From a virus (lineage: Duplodnaviria; Heunggongvirae; Uroviricota; Caudoviricetes): a DNA stretch of 64,000 nucleotides. The translations under genes were made by a program, and so were the position numbers. The notes below the pieces were generated by a model. The model ran no database searches. It was given only the letters and a program-made list of their open reading frames with translations, and had not been told where the DNA came from. Below are positions 33,293 to 43,041 of this stretch, one piece after another; position 1 is the stretch's first letter; the number at the start of each line of letters is the position of its first letter. Where the stretch lies: the IMG/VR virus record IMGVR_UViG_3300009709_000001, positions 317,336 through 381,335 of that record; one strand, given 5' to 3'.

Positions 33293-34337
33293 GAATCAAC
33301 GTAACAAGGGTACCATCCTTGCACTTGTTGAATACATTGTCGATTGTCCAATCGGCACCCGAATAGAAGACATGACTTGTCTTTCCAGACTTAATCACAT
33401 CTTCAATGCAATCGTAAATAGCCTGGTCGTCGTCTCTGAATGTATCACTCTTTAGCGCATCCAACGCCAAATTGGCAAGGTTTCGAGATTCCGCGAAATC
33501 TCTATTTGCCTTGTAACTCAAGAACATATAGTATCCTGTTCTTAGATACCTATCCTTTTTAATGGTATTCTCGATTGCTGTAGCCAAGCAATAATCGATA
33601 ACTCCCGCTTTTTCTCCGGGAACCGCTTTCTGTACTTCATCCAGGATGTTTACCCCGGCTTGCATCAATGTTGCAACAAGGCGCGGATTTCCCAGGATTT
33701 TCTTGTTAACAGTTTCGGTATCTTTTTCGATGCGAGCCTTCTTATCAGCTTCTCTAGTTTCAGTAAGCCAACGAGCATAGTTTCTCTCGTATTCCTGCAA
33801 CTGGTATCTGATTGAGGGAAGATTAGTTTTCGGAACTGTTCGATTCAAGTCGCCGATATAACCTGCAGTATGTGTGATCTGCTTTTTTGTGCGGCTACGA
33901 GAGGTGGGATATTCATAGGTGCTGTAATTCGGAGTAACACCCAGACGTGTCATAATTTCAGTAACACGCTCGACAATCTTCTTATTGTGATCAGCAAGAG
34001 GAATATTTTCGAGTTCAATGACCTCGATGTGAGCTTTCTGTGCTGCGATGGCAGCCAATACTTGCTTATCAATCTCTTCAAGACTAGTTCGTGTCCTAGG
34101 TCCCCATTGACTTGATGATTTCGGCTCATACAATTCCCGATAATCGGGAAGACTATTAACCGCATCTTTTAGTGGTAAAAATCCAACATTTTCGTCGAAT
34201 CCTGCAATTTTCTCTGCCTTGGCGAACTCACGTGTGACACGATCGCGCAAATCGACAAGTTTATCAAAGATTTGGTTCAATTCGGGATCAGTGCCGTACT
34301 TGAAGGGATTATCTTTTTTGGTAATTGGAAGTGTCAT
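33261..34337 (-). CDS. hypothetical protein (358 aa)
   Basis: Long minus-strand ORF; helical; no domain recognised. Confidence 0.55.
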   Translation of the reverse strand: MTLPITKKDNPFKYGTDPELNQIFDKLVDLRDRVTREFAKAEKIAGFDENVGFLPLKDAVNSLPDYRELYEPKSSSQWGPRTRTSLEEIDKQVLAAIAAQKAHIEVIELENIPLADHNKKIVERVTEIMTRLGVTPNYSTYEYPTSRSRTKKQITHTAGYIGDLNRTVPKTNLPSIRYQLQEYERNYARWLTETREADKKARIEKDTETVNKKILGNPRLVATLMQAGVNILDEVQKAVPGEKAGVIDYCLATAIENTIKKDRYLRTGYYMFLSYKANRDFAESRNLANLALDALKSDTFRDDDQAIYDCIEDVIKSGKTSHVFYSGADWTIDNVFNKCKDGTLVTLIRELEDLADEL

Positions 34338-34340
34338 ATG

Positions 34341-34586
34341 TCACCAGGTAAGTCTAAGTTTTGTAATCAGTTCTGCTTGAGGGTGATTGATTAGCGGGAG
34401 TGGTAAACCAAACGGGCAATGGTCTCTTAGAAGAACGACATTCGTACAATAGTCGGAACCGTTATATACGGTAGTACCCCAGATATTCACAAACTCAAAA
34501 CCGATTGGAAATGTGGCTGCTTCAGCTGGGGTAATCAGTGCAAGTGTTTCATCCCATTTTATCATTTTGCTTTGAGGCTTCTTCAA
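34341..34586 (-). CDS. hypothetical protein (81 aa)
   Basis: Minus-strand small ORF. Confidence 0.4.
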   Translation of the reverse strand: MKKPQSKMIKWDETLALITPAEAATFPIGFEFVNIWGTTVYNGSDYCTNVVLLRDHCPFGLPLPLINHPQAELITKLRLTW

Positions 34587-34833
34587 ATAGCTCGTCTATC
34601 GTCCATCCATTATCGGAATAATAATTATGCCATTCTGATGACGGGCGCCCATGCGGCAATGGAGTTTTATCATTGTTAAGACGAGCCCACATCCTGATAA
34701 TCATTTGTATTCTGGATTCTCTTGAGCTACGGGCGAATATTGTCTGCGATACATGATCCACAACTTCAAGGAATGGAGTACGTGTCAGAAGACGAAATGT
34801 CTTCTCTTCCGGAGTTTCATTTTCGCGAACCAT
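34549..34833 (-). CDS. small protein, 'DTFxxLxRTPF' paralog family
   Basis: Begins 'EEKTFRLLTRTPFLEVV'; one of three tandem paralogs. Confidence 0.5.
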   Translation of the reverse strand: MVRENETPEEKTFRLLTRTPFLEVVDHVSQTIFARSSRESRIQMIIRMWARLNNDKTPLPHGRPSSEWHNYYSDNGWTIDELFEEASKQNDKMG

Positions 34834-35131
34834 TTTTGGTGAACAATTCTTTATCTTCGTGTAATGGCAAGGTCACTCTACGCCGGCATTCATTTACAGT
34901 ATCAAACCATGTCCAATTGTGCTTTGCTAGAAATTCAGGACAAGAAAGTCTTGTCAGATTTTCTGTGGGATTACCCGAATACGACCAACGATAAACAATA
35001 TCGTCGAGTGTATAGTTTCCATAGTGGCAAAATTCCTTGATATAATCAGCAATCATTATCTCAAATGGGGTTCGTGTCAACGCCTCAAATGTATCGTCGA
35101 CTGTCGGGACCTTTTTACGAAATGGCCACAT
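34817..35131 (-). CDS. small protein, 'DTFxxLxRTPF' paralog family
   Basis: Begins 'VDDTFEALTRTPFEIMI'. Confidence 0.5.
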   Translation of the reverse strand: MWPFRKKVPTVDDTFEALTRTPFEIMIADYIKEFCHYGNYTLDDIVYRWSYSGNPTENLTRLSCPEFLAKHNWTWFDTVNECRRRVTLPLHEDKELFTKNGSRK

Positions 35132-35313
35132 TACCGTGTATTGGAGTAATAGCCTTCAAGCCATGCAAAAAATTCATCAGTACCGTATTCGTATGGAATA
35201 GCACCAAGGCGAATTAGTTCCTGCATGTCCTTTTCAACAGGATTGTGGACAGCGTAAATAAAGCCTTCCTTCCAGGCTTGATATTCACGTGTCCCTTCGA
35301 CATAACTACTCAT
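35131..35313 (-). CDS. hypothetical protein (60 aa)
   Basis: Minus-strand small ORF. Confidence 0.35.
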   Translation of the reverse strand: MSSYVEGTREYQAWKEGFIYAVHNPVEKDMQELIRLGAIPYEYGTDEFFAWLEGYYSNTR

Positions 35314-35566
35314 TATTATCCTTTTTATATTTTACAGATTCATCTAACAATTCCCGAAATGTCCATCCATGTGATTTATAAAATTCAATCATTTTAACGG
35401 ACGGCCAACAATTGTCAGACGATAGTGTCCAATTTGTATAATGTCGACTCCAACCCCCGATAACCTCATCAATACTAGATCTCGGTGAATATCGAGAAAT
35501 TGCATATTCTATCACCTTAATAAAAGGTGTTCGTCTCAAGGTATTGAATGTATCATCTTCTGACAT
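35306..35566 (-). CDS. small protein, 'DTFxxLxRTPF' paralog family
   Basis: Begins 'SEDDTFNTLRRTPFIKVI'. Confidence 0.5.
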   Translation of the reverse strand: MSEDDTFNTLRRTPFIKVIEYAISRYSPRSSIDEVIGGWSRHYTNWTLSSDNCWPSVKMIEFYKSHGWTFRELLDESVKYKKDNNE

Positions 35567-35618
35567 ACATATTCTGAAAAATTAGCACTCGAGAAAATAC
35601 CCATCTATAAGAATTGGA

Positions 35619-36884
35619 TTAGCCCTTGACACATAACACCTGCTTCAAGGTGTGTACAACCTTGACCAAGTCAGTTTGGCTGAGCATCACATCGTCAATG
35701 GACTTATAGGCTGCCGGACTTTCGTCAATCATGCCTTCGTCCTTACGGCATTCCACACCTGCAGTGGCCGCCACGTGTTCTTCAACCGTAATTTCCTTCT
35801 TTGCTTTGGAACGGCTCATCTTGCGTCCTGCACCATGGCTGCATGAGCAGAAGCTTTCAACATTACCCAGGCCTTCAACGATGAAGCTCTTTGCACCCAT
35901 CGAGCCCGGGATGATGCCCAACTCACCAGCTTGTGCGCTTACCGCGCCCTTACGAGTAACGATCACGTTTTCACCAAAGTGAACTTCTTCGTTGATGTAG
36001 TTGTGGTGGCAATTGATAGCTTCCTTCGTGATCTTGAAGACAGGAAGATGACGAGTCAGCGCCGTAATAACCAGTTCCAACATTGCGTCACGGTTGCGAC
36101 GTGCGTATTCCTGCGCCCAGCTCATTGCCTCGACATAATCGTCGTAATGTTGGCTACCTTCCTGCAAGTAAGCCAGATCCTTGTTCGGAAGAACAATCTT
36201 CTGTTCTTCAGCGTCTTTCTGTGCCAGCTCGATAAAGTAACGACCGATTGCATTACCAATGCCGCGAGAACCACTGTGGAGCATAATCCACACATCGTTG
36301 TTTTCATCGATGCACAGTTCGATGAAGTGATTGCCTCCGCCCAACGAACCGAGCTGAGTACGCGCCTTCTTTTCAGCGTCCTTGACCATCTTGTCGATGC
36401 CAGGATGCTTTGCAACGATTGCTTCCAGGCCAGTCTTCAGATTCTTGAACTGGTTGTTCAGAACGGTGCGTGTATTTTGATGACCCTTGCCATTCAAACG
36501 GTCGGTACTGTGTTCGTCGAACCCAACAGGCACCATCAATTCGATTTCGGAACGAACCTTGTGCAGATTGTCCGGAAGCTGATCAGCAGTCAAGCTGGTA
36601 CGACATGCAATCATGCCGCAACCAATATCAACGCCAACAGCCGCAGGAATTACAGTGCCGTGCGTTGCAAGCACCGTACCAACAGTAGAACCAGTACCAA
36701 CGTGTACGTCCGGCATCGCAGCCACGTGCTTAAATACAAAAGGCAGTTTGGTAATGCTGCGAAGTTGATCGATCGCGCCGGATTCGACGGGGACGTGCTT
36801 AGTCCACATTTTCACATCAACAAGGTCTCCTCGAATTAAATTATATGGGAGATATTTCTCATCATTAATATCTTCTTGCATCAT
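35619..36884 (-). CDS. rtcB: RtcB-family 3'-phosphate RNA ligase
   Basis: Signature motifs 'LGSLGGGNHFIEL', 'MLHSGSRGIGNAIG' and 'AINCHHNYI' are present; 421 aa. Confidence 0.9.
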   Translation of the reverse strand: MMQEDINDEKYLPYNLIRGDLVDVKMWTKHVPVESGAIDQLRSITKLPFVFKHVAAMPDVHVGTGSTVGTVLATHGTVIPAAVGVDIGCGMIACRTSLTADQLPDNLHKVRSEIELMVPVGFDEHSTDRLNGKGHQNTRTVLNNQFKNLKTGLEAIVAKHPGIDKMVKDAEKKARTQLGSLGGGNHFIELCIDENNDVWIMLHSGSRGIGNAIGRYFIELAQKDAEEQKIVLPNKDLAYLQEGSQHYDDYVEAMSWAQEYARRNRDAMLELVITALTRHLPVFKITKEAINCHHNYINEEVHFGENVIVTRKGAVSAQAGELGIIPGSMGAKSFIVEGLGNVESFCSCSHGAGRKMSRSKAKKEITVEEHVAATAGVECRKDEGMIDESPAAYKSIDDVMLSQTDLVKVVHTLKQVLCVKG

Positions 36885-37558
36885 TTTTCCTTACAATTAT
36901 CGAAATGCCATCTTTTCATTTGGCTATTACCGCCAATTTTACCACAATATGGGCACTCAATTTTTATACGAGGAACTCTCATTTTTATTTTTTGTTCCTC
37001 GCTCATTGGTCTATTTTTACTAAATGGTTCTCTACCTTTGTTAGCCAAAGAAATTTTATTTTTCGTTTCTTGAGTTGTAATATGCCCCTTCAGGGAATTG
37101 GATCGTTTTATATTTTCTTCTATTGAAGGTTTTCTACCGGGTACACCTTTCTTAGATTTCGAAATTTTTTCTTTTGTAGAGGCTAAACACGGGCCGGTAC
37201 TCTTTCCAATTTTTGCTACAGACATTTTGGACTTGGCGGCTTCAGAATGTTTTCTTCCACCCGGACCTTCGCCGCCATCTGTTAGATTAAGCAACGGACC
37301 TTTACCGAGATCTTTTCTTCCAAATTTAGAAATAAGTTCTTCCTCAATTAAGTGCGCCAGTTCTTCATCGAGGCCAGAATAAATACCAATAATCGGAATA
37401 ATTTGGTTTCTTTCCATTAATTTTAATCGTTGTATTAATGGATGTTTTCCTTTTCTCTTTAAATGACTCCATGCACGACTATCTCTGCCTTTACCGACAT
37501 ATATCGGTTCATTATTTCGAGAAGGATCGTAGTAGATATAGGTGTAATAATTATTCAT
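36881..37558 (-). CDS. GIY-YIG homing endonuclease with C-terminal Zn finger
   Basis: 'YYTYIYYDPSRNNEPIYVGKGRDSRAWSHL' is a GIY-YIG core. The C-terminus 'CPYCGKIGGNSQMKRWHFDNCKEK' is shared with the 24129 and 46909 products. GATAAATA (minus) at 37564-37571 lies 5 nt upstream of the ATG. Confidence 0.85.
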   Translation of the reverse strand: MNNYYTYIYYDPSRNNEPIYVGKGRDSRAWSHLKRKGKHPLIQRLKLMERNQIIPIIGIYSGLDEELAHLIEEELISKFGRKDLGKGPLLNLTDGGEGPGGRKHSEAAKSKMSVAKIGKSTGPCLASTKEKISKSKKGVPGRKPSIEENIKRSNSLKGHITTQETKNKISLANKGREPFSKNRPMSEEQKIKMRVPRIKIECPYCGKIGGNSQMKRWHFDNCKEK

Positions 37559-37659
37559 TACACTATTTATCTATCAGATAAGGTCAACAAGGTCGCCCTT
37601 GATCACGTTATAGAGGTAATCACCAACTTCGTCTTCGTCAATCTTCACTTGCTCAGTCA

Positions 37660-38082
37660 TCATATACCTTTCAATCGTTCAATGATGCGCTTTTCGCGCT
37701 CGTCGTAAACTTTCTCAGCCAACGTCATCATTGGCGCTTCCATCTTTATAATTGTACTGCAAACCGTTGTGTCGCTATACATGGTATCAGTGGTTTTTTG
37801 AATATTAGTCTCGAGAGTCGTTACTTCGGCCTGTTCGAATATACAATCTTTTAGAAGATGTTGACCATCCCATGTGCTGACACGATAGAGAGTGCTATCG
37901 ATATATTCCTCTGCCTCAAAGATACCTTCGTCAGCATCTCTCCAATGGCCACGCGCCTTCTGTAGTTTACGACCACGAGAACCATACAACGTTACATTCC
38001 ACAATACCCGGTTAGTTTTCGTATTTCTAATTCGAAATCTACGTTCGACTTCCTTAACCCGAACTGTTTTCTTAACCGTCAT
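37660..38082 (-). CDS. hypothetical protein (140 aa)
   Basis: Minus-strand ORF. Confidence 0.45.
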   Translation of the reverse strand: MTVKKTVRVKEVERRFRIRNTKTNRVLWNVTLYGSRGRKLQKARGHWRDADEGIFEAEEYIDSTLYRVSTWDGQHLLKDCIFEQAEVTTLETNIQKTTDTMYSDTTVCSTIIKMEAPMMTLAEKVYDEREKRIIERLKGI

Positions 38083-38351
38083 CTTAATCTCTGGACGATT
38101 AAATCTTGCCGGATATCATCGACAATCTCCAGAATCCATCTCTCGCTCGGAACTTCTGTAAATTCGTATGCAAGAATTTGATGGTCGGAAAAATCTATCT
38201 CGACATTATTTTTGATCTGTTGTTCAATCCAATATTTTACTTCATGATAGTCCGAGGGCTCTACATGATAGGTGTAATGCGGACCGTTCCAATGATTTAG
38301 GATTGCAAATTCGTCAGTTGAGCGTTTTCTGATCTTGTAATATTTAAGCAT
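38079..38351 (-). CDS. hypothetical protein (90 aa)
   Basis: Minus-strand ORF, ATGA overlap. Confidence 0.45.
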   Translation of the reverse strand: MLKYYKIRKRSTDEFAILNHWNGPHYTYHVEPSDYHEVKYWIEQQIKNNVEIDFSDHQILAYEFTEVPSERWILEIVDDIRQDLIVQRLR

Positions 38352-38676
38352 TCTTTCTTTTAAGTTTTTCTGCCACGGCTTCTAGGGACGCTTCTTCGAT
38401 TAGACTTTTTGCTGTTTCCGAAGGTTCGCGCACCTCCCAAGTCCATGTCTCAACTTCGAAATCATCTGCGAAGTCGATTTTCGAACATAGAGTTAGAAGA
38501 CGTTTTAGGTGGTCTATTGTTATTGCTTTACACACCGGCCTTGCATCATTACCGAATTGGGCATGAAGGCCATAATCCCCAATAGTTTTCTGCCAACGAG
38601 CTTTGGATATCTTTCCAGCTTTAAAAGCTGGAAAGATATTTTCCCGTCGACTTACGCTTAATCGCGTAATATTCAA
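38344..38676 (-). CDS. hypothetical protein (110 aa)
   Basis: Minus-strand ORF. Confidence 0.45.
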   Translation of the reverse strand: MNITRLSVSRRENIFPAFKAGKISKARWQKTIGDYGLHAQFGNDARPVCKAITIDHLKRLLTLCSKIDFADDFEVETWTWEVREPSETAKSLIEEASLEAVAEKLKRKNA

Positions 38677-39281
38677 CCCTCGACTTCGTCAGCGCCATCG
38701 GCCATTTCCTTCTTCATGCGATCGATATTATCCTGAAGAATTTTGGCAACAAAGTCGTTAAAAGTCATATCTGCTTCATGAGCCAATTTCATTGCAGACA
38801 ACATCACATCGTCTTCCAGATTGATTTCAACCATGATGCGTGTATCGTAGGGTTCGCCTCGATACAATGCCGATGCCTTTTCCAACACGTCGGCAGCTAC
38901 TTCAAGATCAATGTATTTTCTTCCATCGATACTTTCTTCCGGATTTTGATTTCGTTCTTTGTGTTCGTTGAAGAGTGCTTCCTTGAAATCAGGACGGACC
39001 CAACGATACTCTCGATTATTGGCATAATCCCATATTTCCATCTCATACACAATATGCGAGCGCGTATCGTATACGACACTGATGCTACGACCATCAGCGT
39101 GTTTGCCGTCCCAATATTCCATGTGCATTGCATTCGGGCCATAACAATCGAACAAGAATGCATCACCCGTGGTGGCATCGTAATTGATGGTTTCCAGAAA
39201 GTCGGTAAGAGTAATCATGATTTTCAAAGTCCTAAAATTGGTGAAGTCAATATTGACACCCCTGCCAATTATTGACTTCAC
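38673..39281 (-). CDS. hypothetical protein (202 aa)
   Basis: Minus-strand ORF. Confidence 0.5.
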   Translation of the reverse strand: MKSIIGRGVNIDFTNFRTLKIMITLTDFLETINYDATTGDAFLFDCYGPNAMHMEYWDGKHADGRSISVVYDTRSHIVYEMEIWDYANNREYRWVRPDFKEALFNEHKERNQNPEESIDGRKYIDLEVAADVLEKASALYRGEPYDTRIMVEINLEDDVMLSAMKLAHEADMTFNDFVAKILQDNIDRMKKEMADGADEVEG

Positions 39282-39319
39282 ACTTATTACCTACAACTAT
39301 AATGCATCTTCAAGAAAAC

Positions 39320-40312
39320 TTAAAGAGTGCGCTTTTCAATATATTCATCAACCTCAAGTTTGGTAAACACTCGTGGCTCGATTTCTTTAAAGCTTGTTTC
39401 AGTCGCTTTGTAGAATTTCCAATTTTCGAGTTCAATGCAGGTTAATCCTGCCCAGCCCGGCGGAGGTGCAGAATAATCACCATACGGTGTACTTGTTGTA
39501 GGAACCGAAGCATATGCACAGGTATCGATATTAGTTTGACCATCCAATGTTAATGGATGCATCATAATAGTGTGGCCCGAAATAATATGCGACAATTCCG
39601 GATTAAAGTTATTAAGGCGCGGTCTGTATGCAACAAGTTTCTTTATCACATGACTTCTATCCGATGTATCATTTTTGTAGAACGGCATATAAAGGGCACG
39701 ATTCCACAAGAATGCATCACCATCGCCGGCGGTAATCTTAGCAAGAGCTTCGACATTGGATGCCTGTGATAATCTTTCATCGGTGATCTTACCTACGTTA
39801 AGTGGTAATTCCGCATGCAGAATATGATACTTTTTGCCTGCCCTTGTATTCACTGTGATGAGATATGGCATCTCATCAACAAGTTCTAACAAATCGATAA
39901 CTTCTTGATTTTCAGTAGTTGGATATCTGTGAGCAGGATCGTTATTCGGTAATTTGCTCGCCATATAATCGTTTACTGCTTCAGCTCCCCAGAAGCCACC
40001 GTTCTGAAACCAGTATCTACCCATGTATCCGCCGTCGAAGCACGATTGCATGAGTTGTTCATGATTGGCAAGAACAGGATGGAACCAGGGCTGACGAAGT
40101 AACTCTAGGCACTTCTTGCTTTCTGGTCCACGGTCGATTAAATCGCCTACAGAAAACATTCTATCCACTGTAGGATCGAAGTTTATGTTTTTCAGAAGAT
40201 TTTCAAATACGCGATATGCGCCGTGCAAATCGCCTATAACAAAGTCTCGTCCTTTCTCATTCGCCTGAAACGTCTTCAGGGGAAATTTCATTGTCGCTGC
40301 CATCCTTGTCAT
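39320..40312 (-). CDS. Ser/Thr protein phosphatase (calcineurin-like metallophosphoesterase, lambda-PPase type)
   Basis: 'GDLHG', 'GDLIDRGPES' and 'LANHEQ' (GDxHG / GDxxDRG / GNHE motifs). Confidence 0.85.
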   Translation of the reverse strand: MTRMAATMKFPLKTFQANEKGRDFVIGDLHGAYRVFENLLKNINFDPTVDRMFSVGDLIDRGPESKKCLELLRQPWFHPVLANHEQLMQSCFDGGYMGRYWFQNGGFWGAEAVNDYMASKLPNNDPAHRYPTTENQEVIDLLELVDEMPYLITVNTRAGKKYHILHAELPLNVGKITDERLSQASNVEALAKITAGDGDAFLWNRALYMPFYKNDTSDRSHVIKKLVAYRPRLNNFNPELSHIISGHTIMMHPLTLDGQTNIDTCAYASVPTTSTPYGDYSAPPPGWAGLTCIELENWKFYKATETSFKEIEPRVFTKLEVDEYIEKRTL

Positions 40313-41183
40313 TTTCTTCTTCTTTTTCTTCTTCTTGTTTCTTGAGCTTGTTAATCGCTCTTTGTAATTGCTTCGACTGTGTAGATTTACCAGTTAGCAT
40401 TTCAGCTGTCAAGTCAAGCATCATGACTTCTCTGAGTGTATCGTCCATTTCCCAATCGCTTAAAGCATTCTTTTCGGACATACCCGCAATGAAAAGTGCC
40501 CATTGCTTAACCGTGAGCTTGGATTTAGCAATGTTGTCTACCGTTAGCAACTTGATGATATCGGGATGCTTTCTGATAACTTCACGAATGTCAGTCTTAG
40601 TCGAGCATGTCGATGCATACTTAATGAAGACTTCTTTAAATTTCTCGTCATGCTTAATAAGCTTCAACCAGAAATTAGCATAAGTGGAAAAGCCGGTAAA
40701 ATCAGTAATGTGCTTATCGAATACCCATTTATTGGATTGAATAAGTGTACTAAGGTCACCTGATGTCAGTTTCGATGGTACAGGCTGGCCAGCATCAAGA
40801 ATTCTCTTTGGAATCTGTGCAAATAGGTTACCCTGTGCTCTAACACCCATTCCTTTGTAAAGATCTATATCAAAATATTTCTTTGGATCCTTAGCCATTA
40901 GTCTCGATTTTTGTGCGTCGGATAAGACTTCAAGTTCCTTGGTGGTTAATGTGATTAGCTTACTAGCCGAAACATTCACACCTTCGATTGCATAAACCTT
41001 TTCTCCAATACTAGAAAACTTAATCTTACTAGCCACTTCCGGCACATTGTTAAGGAGCGCAATCTTTTCACTTAGTGATAGATTTGTGAATGAAAATAAT
41101 TCAGGCTGAGACTTAGCCAATTCCACAATGTCCTTTAAGCATCCTGATAAGATACTCTTTGTCGATCCATAATAGTAACTCAT
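40257..41183 (-). CDS. hypothetical protein (308 aa) with acidic C-terminal tail
   Basis: Minus-strand ORF; ends in an E/K/D-rich low-complexity tail. Confidence 0.55.
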   Translation of the reverse strand: MSYYYGSTKSILSGCLKDIVELAKSQPELFSFTNLSLSEKIALLNNVPEVASKIKFSSIGEKVYAIEGVNVSASKLITLTTKELEVLSDAQKSRLMAKDPKKYFDIDLYKGMGVRAQGNLFAQIPKRILDAGQPVPSKLTSGDLSTLIQSNKWVFDKHITDFTGFSTYANFWLKLIKHDEKFKEVFIKYASTCSTKTDIREVIRKHPDIIKLLTVDNIAKSKLTVKQWALFIAGMSEKNALSDWEMDDTLREVMMLDLTAEMLTGKSTQSKQLQRAINKLKKQEEEKEEENDKDGSDNEISPEDVSGE

Positions 41184-41638
41184 AGCAATCCTTTTCTTGT
41201 TCTTCTAGCTATTTCTTTTTTGTATTGTTTCGGAGGAAGCTTCTGCCCATCAATCCAGTATTGTTTTGGTCCACCCGGATCTTCAATGGCAGGTCCATCA
41301 AGTCGATGGAGCTTTCCGTCCTTCATCCAAATCTTTGTGTCTTTGTGTATAATCGCCGGACCACCTTCACGGTGTCTTATGCCGTGAATATACCATTCTT
41401 CAATTTCATATTTGAAACCGATGTAGGCAGGGCCATATACGCGATGATAACGTCCTTCATCATCACGATACGCAATATCTTTAGGGTGTTCGTCTGTGTT
41501 ATGATTCCACCAGTACCACCGGTTAAAATCACTTCTCCAGGCGTCCCCTCCATAGCCGCCGTATAGGCCGCCTCGGGGATCTTCGTATCGTTTTTCTAGT
41601 GTTAGACGTTCAAAAAGTGCATCAAGATTCTCGTCCAT
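41180..41638 (-). CDS. MORN-variant repeat protein (152 aa)
   Basis: Repeated 'W..G..HR.DGPA' units (YHRVYGPAYIGF..., WYIHGIRHREGGPAII..., KLHRLDGPAIEDPGGPKQYWIDGQKL). Confidence 0.55.
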   Translation of the reverse strand: MDENLDALFERLTLEKRYEDPRGGLYGGYGGDAWRSDFNRWYWWNHNTDEHPKDIAYRDDEGRYHRVYGPAYIGFKYEIEEWYIHGIRHREGGPAIIHKDTKIWMKDGKLHRLDGPAIEDPGGPKQYWIDGQKLPPKQYKKEIARRTRKGLL

Positions 41639-41659
41639 GCTTTAATTATAGCATACTTT

Positions 41660-42040
41660 TCAATATCTGTCAATTAGGAAACAGTTCTCCAAGAACTGTT
41701 CAATTCCACCGCAGAGTTTTACGGTCATTGCATCCATTTCAGAAAAGAGTATAAGACGACGAGATGTAAAGAAGTAAGGATATTCCATATTAGCCATACC
41801 TGCATGGTGCCTGGCTTTAATTGTTTCTGGAATCTCGAAACTATAGACTGTGAAAATTCGCTTCAGGATAAGAAATCCCGAGTATGTCAACCTTAAGCCA
41901 TCTCTGTGATGAAAAATACGTTGATGGAGTTGTTCATCATTAAGTTCGGCCGCTTCTGCATTCTGTTTGCGGACCTCTTCAAAAATGGCCAACTTGAGTG
42001 GTGTCATAATCGTATTTATATTCTCGTTCTGTTCGGACAT
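41660..42040 (-). CDS. hypothetical protein (126 aa)
   Basis: Minus-strand ORF. Confidence 0.45.
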   Translation of the reverse strand: MSEQNENINTIMTPLKLAIFEEVRKQNAEAAELNDEQLHQRIFHHRDGLRLTYSGFLILKRIFTVYSFEIPETIKARHHAGMANMEYPYFFTSRRLILFSEMDAMTVKLCGGIEQFLENCFLIDRY

Positions 42041-42059
42041 TTTTTAGATAAATAGTGAT

Positions 42060-42428
42060 ATGAAACTTCGCGAAATTCTACTAGAACACATGGTAACGCA
42101 CTTGCTCGAATTATGCAAACGTGAACTAGAAATTGATCAATTTCCTCAAATACAGCTTATCAACGAGCCAACAACTCGTAGCGGCACATCATTCGGCGAA
42201 TTTGACGGAAATATTGTGGTAGTTATTAAGGGAAGACACCCGATGGATGTTATGAGAACTCTTGCACACGAGTTGGTGCACTGGAAACAAAGAGTTGAAA
42301 ATTTGGAACTAGATGGTTCCGATGGAAGTGATACCGAAAATCAGGCAAATGCGATTGCCGGTATCATAATGCGAAAATTCGGGCAAATGTATCCCGAATA
42401 TTTCTTTGAAACTCTTCCAAAATCTTAA
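42060..42428 (+). CDS. small HExxH zinc-metallopeptidase-like protein (122 aa)
   Basis: 'RTLAHELVHW' HExxH motif; plus-strand gene diverging from minus-strand neighbours. Confidence 0.5.
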   Translation: MKLREILLEHMVTHLLELCKRELEIDQFPQIQLINEPTTRSGTSFGEFDGNIVVVIKGRHPMDVMRTLAHELVHWKQRVENLELDGSDGSDTENQANAIAGIIMRKFGQMYPEYFFETLPKS

Positions 42429-42721
42429 TCGTCACTTTCGGTACACAATGTACCTTCGATTAACTTGTAGACTGCAAAGTCTTCGGTCTTGAACATCTTA
42501 TTCAATCTTTCTGCAAGGTTGAAAGCATGTCCCGAATTTGAAAAACTAACCTTCTTGTATTTTGGTCCCGGATAAGATATCAGGTGGCTGAGTGTTCTTA
42601 GATTGATTGGTTTACCTTGATAGAAAACCGCATAGATAGCTTCGGCCTCTAAAACTTGCTCAGCCTTGTAAGTTTTGGAATTAACATTCTCTAGAATGAT
42701 ATTTGGTTTAGGTCTTGCCAC
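42425..42721 (-). CDS. hypothetical protein (98 aa)
   Basis: Minus-strand ORF. Confidence 0.4.
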   Translation of the reverse strand: MARPKPNIILENVNSKTYKAEQVLEAEAIYAVFYQGKPINLRTLSHLISYPGPKYKKVSFSNSGHAFNLAERLNKMFKTEDFAVYKLIEGTLCTESDD

Positions 42722-43041
42722 TTCAATGTCTCCTTTATAGTAGTATTTATCTGATCGGAATGAAAAACACTCCGGTTGAAATAAATACTAAACTGGGAGA
42801 AACTATGAAGTTATACGAATTGGCTGAAGGTTATTGGAAAAATATCGACATTGCTCGACAGGAAAGACCTGCTCCGCCATCTGTGTTAAACAAGCCTAAA
42901 AGATTTCATGTTCTTATCAATGGTAAGGTTTGGAAGAAAAATGGAGAACCTGTAGAATTTACTTCACAGGGATCAGCTCAACGTGCAGCCGATACTATTC
43001 GTACACGTCGTAACATTACCACTCAGGTTGTTCCGGCTTAA
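42715..43041 (+). CDS. hypothetical protein (108 aa)
   Basis: Plus-strand ORF with GGAGAAACTATG RBS context. Confidence 0.4.
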   Translation: MPLQCLLYSSIYLIGMKNTPVEINTKLGETMKLYELAEGYWKNIDIARQERPAPPSVLNKPKRFHVLINGKVWKKNGEPVEFTSQGSAQRAADTIRTRRNITTQVVPA

